From contig JAFGPG010000069.1 in the NCBI GenBank assembly GCA_016926075.1, positions 10,313-74,312 on the forward strand: DNA of 64,000 bases, read 5' to 3'. Positions 60,350 to 64,000 of this stretch are shown here, one piece after another. The notes under the pieces are model-generated. The model was not told the DNA's origin. It saw nothing but the letters and a program-made list of their open reading frames with translations, and made no database searches. This stretch comes from Methanomassiliicoccales archaeon. GTDB lineage: Archaea; Thermoplasmatota; Thermoplasmata; Methanomassiliicoccales; UBA472. Positions within the stretch are counted from its first letter, which is position 1; each line of letters opens with the position of its first letter. The position numbers were made by a program, and so were the translations under genes.

Positions 60350-60817
60350 TCAGTCCTTGATGCGCTTCTCCTTCTCGTAGAAATCGTTGATGATCTCGTA
60401 GTCGATGCCCCGCTGCCTCATGAAGTCGTTGGTGAAGCTCAGCGAGGCCTCCCGCACCTGGGGGTCCCACATACCGTGAACGATGACGTGCACGATGAGC
60501 TCCCCCCGTACCATCACCGTCCCGTCGAAACGGTTCTGCACGGACGGGGGAATGTCCAGATCGATGAGGCTGACGCTGATGGTCGACCCCCCTTCGGCCG
60601 TAAGGAAGGACTTGATGTGCCCGATCATGTCCGCCCCCCGTCTGAAGCACTCCTCTGTAATGCCCTGGACCAGGTCCAGGACCATGCTCTCCGACCCTTC
60701 CTGGTCCAGCGGGTCCCGGACGTAGAGGCGCAACCACATGGAGAACTTGCCCAGCTCGTCCGTGGCCCGGTGCGTCAACAGCTGCCTCTCCTTCTGGTCC
60801 ATCTCATCACTCCCCAT
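60350..60817 (-). CDS. Hypothetical protein partnered with the CobW-type GTPase
   Basis: 155 aa, IGHIKSFL motif; overlaps the GTPase stop; coding-like codon use. Confidence 0.7.
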   Translation of the reverse strand: MGSDEMDQKERQLLTHRATDELGKFSMWLRLYVRDPLDQEGSESMVLDLVQGITEECFRRGADMIGHIKSFLTAEGGSTISVSLIDLDIPPSVQNRFDGTVMVRGELIVHVIVHGMWDPQVREASLSFTNDFMRQRGIDYEIINDFYEKEKRIKD

Positions 60818-61478
60818 ATTCCTTGTCGAAGCGGTCCTCCGCCTCGGTCATGTCCTGGCCGCTCACCTTTTCATGCACCATCAGGTCCGCCACCTCCTTG
60901 ACCCCCTGACCGGTGCGGGAGGAGCCGTATAGGATGCGGACCTGAGGATTGATCCCTCGGACCATGTCGGTGACGCATTGCAGTCGCAAGGCGTCCACCG
61001 CGTCCACTTTGTTGATGAGCACCACATCGGCCTCCACGATCTGTGTCTCCACCAGGCGCCGCACGTTGTCCATGAGCCTGTCGATGCGCAGGGCGTCCAC
61101 GAAGGTGATGATGGGGGACTGCTCCAACATCTTGGGCATCCTCTTGACCGTCTCCGCCGCTGCCTGCCTCAGACCCAATGGTATGGCCACCCCGGTGGGC
61201 TCCACCAATATGACGTCCGGCCGGAAGCTCATGAAGATGTTGGTGACGGTGGTGGTCAGGGTGCCCTGCACCTCGCAGCATATGCACCCTCCGGAGATCT
61301 CCCGGGTATGTATCCCATGCACCTCCATGCACCTGCGGTCCACGTTTATATGCCCCACGTCGTTGACGATGGTTGCCACTTTAAGACCACGGGAGCTCAT
61401 CTCCTTGGCCACCTCTATGAGGAAGGAGGTCTTGCCGCTACCCAAGAACCCTGTCACCTGGGCTATCCGCATTTTCAT
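60807..61478 (-). CDS. CobW/HypB/UreG (G3E) metallochaperone GTPase, GTPase domain only
   Basis: TGFLGSGKT, GGCICC, VEPTG, INKVD; start set at ATG 61478. Confidence 0.88.
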   Translation of the reverse strand: MKMRIAQVTGFLGSGKTSFLIEVAKEMSSRGLKVATIVNDVGHINVDRRCMEVHGIHTREISGGCICCEVQGTLTTTVTNIFMSFRPDVILVEPTGVAIPLGLRQAAAETVKRMPKMLEQSPIITFVDALRIDRLMDNVRRLVETQIVEADVVLINKVDAVDALRLQCVTDMVRGINPQVRILYGSSRTGQGVKEVADLMVHEKVSGQDMTEAEDRFDKEYGE

Positions 61479-61638
61479 CACACCGGCGCCCTCTATGGCG
61501 TTAATGATATAATTCCATTGCTCCTGAGCACCGTGGGCGACCGCTCTGCTTTCAAGGTACTGGAGCGCATTGAAAACCATCGAAGATTCGGGGACAACAT
61601 TATAAATGAAGTGAGGATATTGTCCCCCGAGGTTATCC

Positions 61639-63297
61639 ATGGCTTTGGGAGTCGCGCTCGACTTGGGAACTAGCGGTTACCGGGGGCATTTGGTCGATCT
61701 GGATAAAAAGGGGAAGATTCTGGCCACGGCCATCACTATGAGGCACCCCCTGCCGGGGGCCAATATCATGGACCATCTCCATTTCTGGTTAGAGAATGGA
61801 GCGGACGTGGGCCACCGCATTGTCATCGAGACGGTGGACAAGCTGATAACCAGTCTGGGCGCCAAACCGGAGAGGATCGAGCGTGTTTCGGTATGTGGTA
61901 ACCCGGCCCAGATGTCCATGTTCGAGAAGATCGAGATCAGGGACCTGGCCTACGCCGGCCAGTCCATTTTGAAAAGACTGAACGTCAAGATCCCAGAGAG
62001 AAGGGCACATACCATCAAGGCCGAGGAGCTGGGCATAAGTGCCGTACGGCCCACCGCTGACGTTCGCATACCCCCGGCCATTCGCCACGAGATCGGGGCG
62101 GACGCCCTGGCCATGATCATGAAGACCGGACTGATGGAGAAGAAGGAGACCTGCATAGTGACCGATTACGGCACCAATGCGGAGATGGGGCTCTTCTACA
62201 AGGGCGAACTGTACAGTGGCTCCGCCGCGGCGGGACCGGCCATGGAAGGCCAGTCCATCGACTTCGGCATGCTGGCCGCGCCCCAGGCCATATCCGATAT
62301 CAATCTGGGCGAGAACGGAAGATGGTACAACGTGGTGCTCAACGACAAGCTGCATCCCATCAAGTCCGCCCTGGTCGATCCACGGAGCGGGGAGGAGCAG
62401 CGACTGGACGGGGTCATCGCCAGGGGAATCACCGGCACCGGCACCGTAGCGGCCATGGCCGTGGGGCTGGAGACGGGGATCATCAAACTACCTTACGTGG
62501 ATACCCCCGACCGCAAGATCCACCTGACCAACGGCATATACTTCTGCGAGGAGGATGTCCGGGAGGCGGGCAAGGCCAGCGGGGCCATCCGCGCTGGCCA
62601 TCGCACCCTCATCGAGGAGGTGGGAGTAGAGGACGAGGAGGTCAAGACCATGTACATGGCCGGGGCCTCAGGCACATACGTCGATCCCTTAAAGGCGCAG
62701 GTCGTGGGACTCATACCGCGCATCCTGGAGAGGACCGTACAGGCCGGCAACACATCCCTCATGATGTCCTACGACATCCTGGTGGACGATGACGGTCTGG
62801 ACAAGATGCAGGACGTGGCCAATGCCATCTCCAGCAAGCATATCATGTTCGCCCTGAGCAAGGTCTTCGAGGACATCTATGTCAACGAGATCGCCTATTG
62901 GACGGAGGGGATGAGTATGGAGATGTACAACCAGATGGTCAAGGACTCCGGCCTGAGGCCGCTTCCGGACATCAAGCGTCCCAAGGAGATCATTCGCCTG
63001 GTGGTCTCGGACATACCGGTCATCGGGGCCCGCGGCCTACGCACCTTGGACGACGTGGGGGTGTACCTGCTCGGTTCCTTCGAGGGCTGCACGGGCTGCA
63101 AGAAATGCGCTCGAAGCTGCCCTGAATGCGCGCTGATGGTCTCCTCCGTCGGTGATAAGAAGGACAAGAAGTTCCTGGTGAGGGTCAACACCGAGCACTG
63201 TCTGGGCACGGCCTGCAAGAAGTGCCAGTCCTCATGCCCAGAAGGGGTCCTCGATTTCAGCGCCCTCTCCATCGTCAAGAAAGGGGCTGACGTTTAA
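61639..63297 (+). CDS. ramA: Corrinoid protein reductive activase RamA
   Basis: DLGTSG, RHPLPGANIMDHL, TDYGTNAEM, GSAAAGPAMEGQ; C-terminal two [4Fe-4S] sets CTGCKKCARSCPE and CLGTACKKCQSSCPE. Confidence 0.93.
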   Translation: MALGVALDLGTSGYRGHLVDLDKKGKILATAITMRHPLPGANIMDHLHFWLENGADVGHRIVIETVDKLITSLGAKPERIERVSVCGNPAQMSMFEKIEIRDLAYAGQSILKRLNVKIPERRAHTIKAEELGISAVRPTADVRIPPAIRHEIGADALAMIMKTGLMEKKETCIVTDYGTNAEMGLFYKGELYSGSAAAGPAMEGQSIDFGMLAAPQAISDINLGENGRWYNVVLNDKLHPIKSALVDPRSGEEQRLDGVIARGITGTGTVAAMAVGLETGIIKLPYVDTPDRKIHLTNGIYFCEEDVREAGKASGAIRAGHRTLIEEVGVEDEEVKTMYMAGASGTYVDPLKAQVVGLIPRILERTVQAGNTSLMMSYDILVDDDGLDKMQDVANAISSKHIMFALSKVFEDIYVNEIAYWTEGMSMEMYNQMVKDSGLRPLPDIKRPKEIIRLVVSDIPVIGARGLRTLDDVGVYLLGSFEGCTGCKKCARSCPECALMVSSVGDKKDKKFLVRVNTEHCLGTACKKCQSSCPEGVLDFSALSIVKKGADV

Positions 63298-64000
63298 TTG
63301 CGCCTGAGCTGCGTGATCGACGATCGCACCGGTTCCCGGGACGGTTCACGTATAGTACATAAGGCCAGCGGCAACTTCCTCTCCGAGCACGGCATATCCC
63401 TTCTCATCGAGACCAGCGGGGGGAAGAGGGTGCTCATGGACACAGGGTCCTCAGAAAAGGCCTTCTCCCATAACCTGGAACTACTGGGACTGGGACCGGA
63501 CGACCTGGACCTGGTCTTCATCACCCACGGGCACTACGATCATCTGGGGGCCCTGCCCATGCTGCTGCGCGAAGGGGTGCCCTGCCACACCCACCCCCTC
63601 ACCTTCCAGGGAAAGCGCTTCTTCGATGCCCCAGGCAAACGGAGGGACATCGGGCCGTCCCAGGAACTGCTCTCGTTGCTCGAGGAGTTCCCCCCGGAAT
63701 ATGACGATCGGCCCCGCGAGCTGGTCCCAGGGGTCTGGACCAGCGGGGAGATCAGGCGCGGCAATCGTTTCGAAAGGCCGGTGCACTTCACCGTCGATCG
63801 GGACGGGGAGGAGGAAGAGGACATCATCATCGAGGAGCAGGCCCTCTGCGTCTCCACGCGCAAGGGGCTGCTGGTGCTCACCGGCTGCGGCCATGCCGGT
63901 GTGGTCAACATCCTCTCCCAGATACGGCGGCGCAGCGACAGGAAGCTGCACATGGTGGCCGGAGGGTTCCACCTGGTCAACGCCCCTCCCTCCACCCTGC
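63298..64000 (+). CDS. Metallo-beta-lactamase-fold hydrolase (MJ0301-like family), 3' end outside the window
   Basis: Not in the ORF track; translated by hand from TTG 63298: SEHGISLLIE, MDTG, THGHYDH, EQAL, TGCGHAG, GGFHL. Confidence 0.85.
   Translation, partial: MRLSCVIDDRTGSRDGSRIVHKASGNFLSEHGISLLIETSGGKRVLMDTGSSEKAFSHNLELLGLGPDDLDLVFITHGHYDHLGALPMLLREGVPCHTHPLTFQGKRFFDAPGKRRDIGPSQELLSLLEEFPPEYDDRPRELVPGVWTSGEIRRGNRFERPVHFTVDRDGEEEEDIIIEEQALCVSTRKGLLVLTGCGHAGVVNILSQIRRRSDRKLHMVAGGFHLVNAPPSTL

Noticed and set aside
221..64000. Many long antisense or alternate-frame ORFs in the track (e.g. 14962-16560 +, 33510-34775 +, 39919-41106 +)
   Set aside because: They are shadow ORFs of high-GC coding genes with no motifs, fully overlapping well-supported genes.

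Overview
GC-rich archaeal DNA from a methyl-reducing methanogen, most consistent with Methanomassiliicoccales (inferred from the cfb cluster, corrinoid methyltransferase genes, RamA, DUF835, archaeal SepF/RtcB/PUA and TATA-type promoters). From left to right: a coenzyme F430 operon (cfbA-E-D-C-B, cfbB truncated by the window edge) back-to-back with a tetrapyrrole operon (sirC-hemA-hemB-hemL-hemC-sirA-hemD plus a second hemD); an MFS transporter; trpEGDCFBA; a housekeeping stretch (Isf, CobO, acetyl-CoA hydrolase-GNAT fusion, ThiF, ABC-2 exporter, flippase, Acs, USP, galU/ugd, PUA, SepF, HD hydrolase, RtcB, tRNA-His, ArgF, RecJ-like and other nucleases); and from about 50.3 kb to the end a corrinoid methyl-transfer island. 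The island has a corrinoid protein behind a doubled palindromic operator, an Msr-like regulator, a membrane protein built of six E-x29-Q repeats, an orphan hydantoinase-A-like ATPase, an ArsP/thioredoxin/DGC module, two MtaA-fold methyltransferases, a CobW-type GTPase, RamA and a metallo-beta-lactamase-fold protein, but no recognisable substrate-specific MT1 (MtaB/MtmB/MtbB/MttB). This island is the best candidate for an undescribed system. Three micro-ORFs below the ORF-track cut-off were also found: a 54-aa RanBP2-like zinc finger, a 17-24-aa peptide next to a CPBP protease, and a 31-aa zinc ribbon. No CRISPR array, rRNA or mobile element was seen. All family assignments come from reading motifs by eye; no database searches were run.
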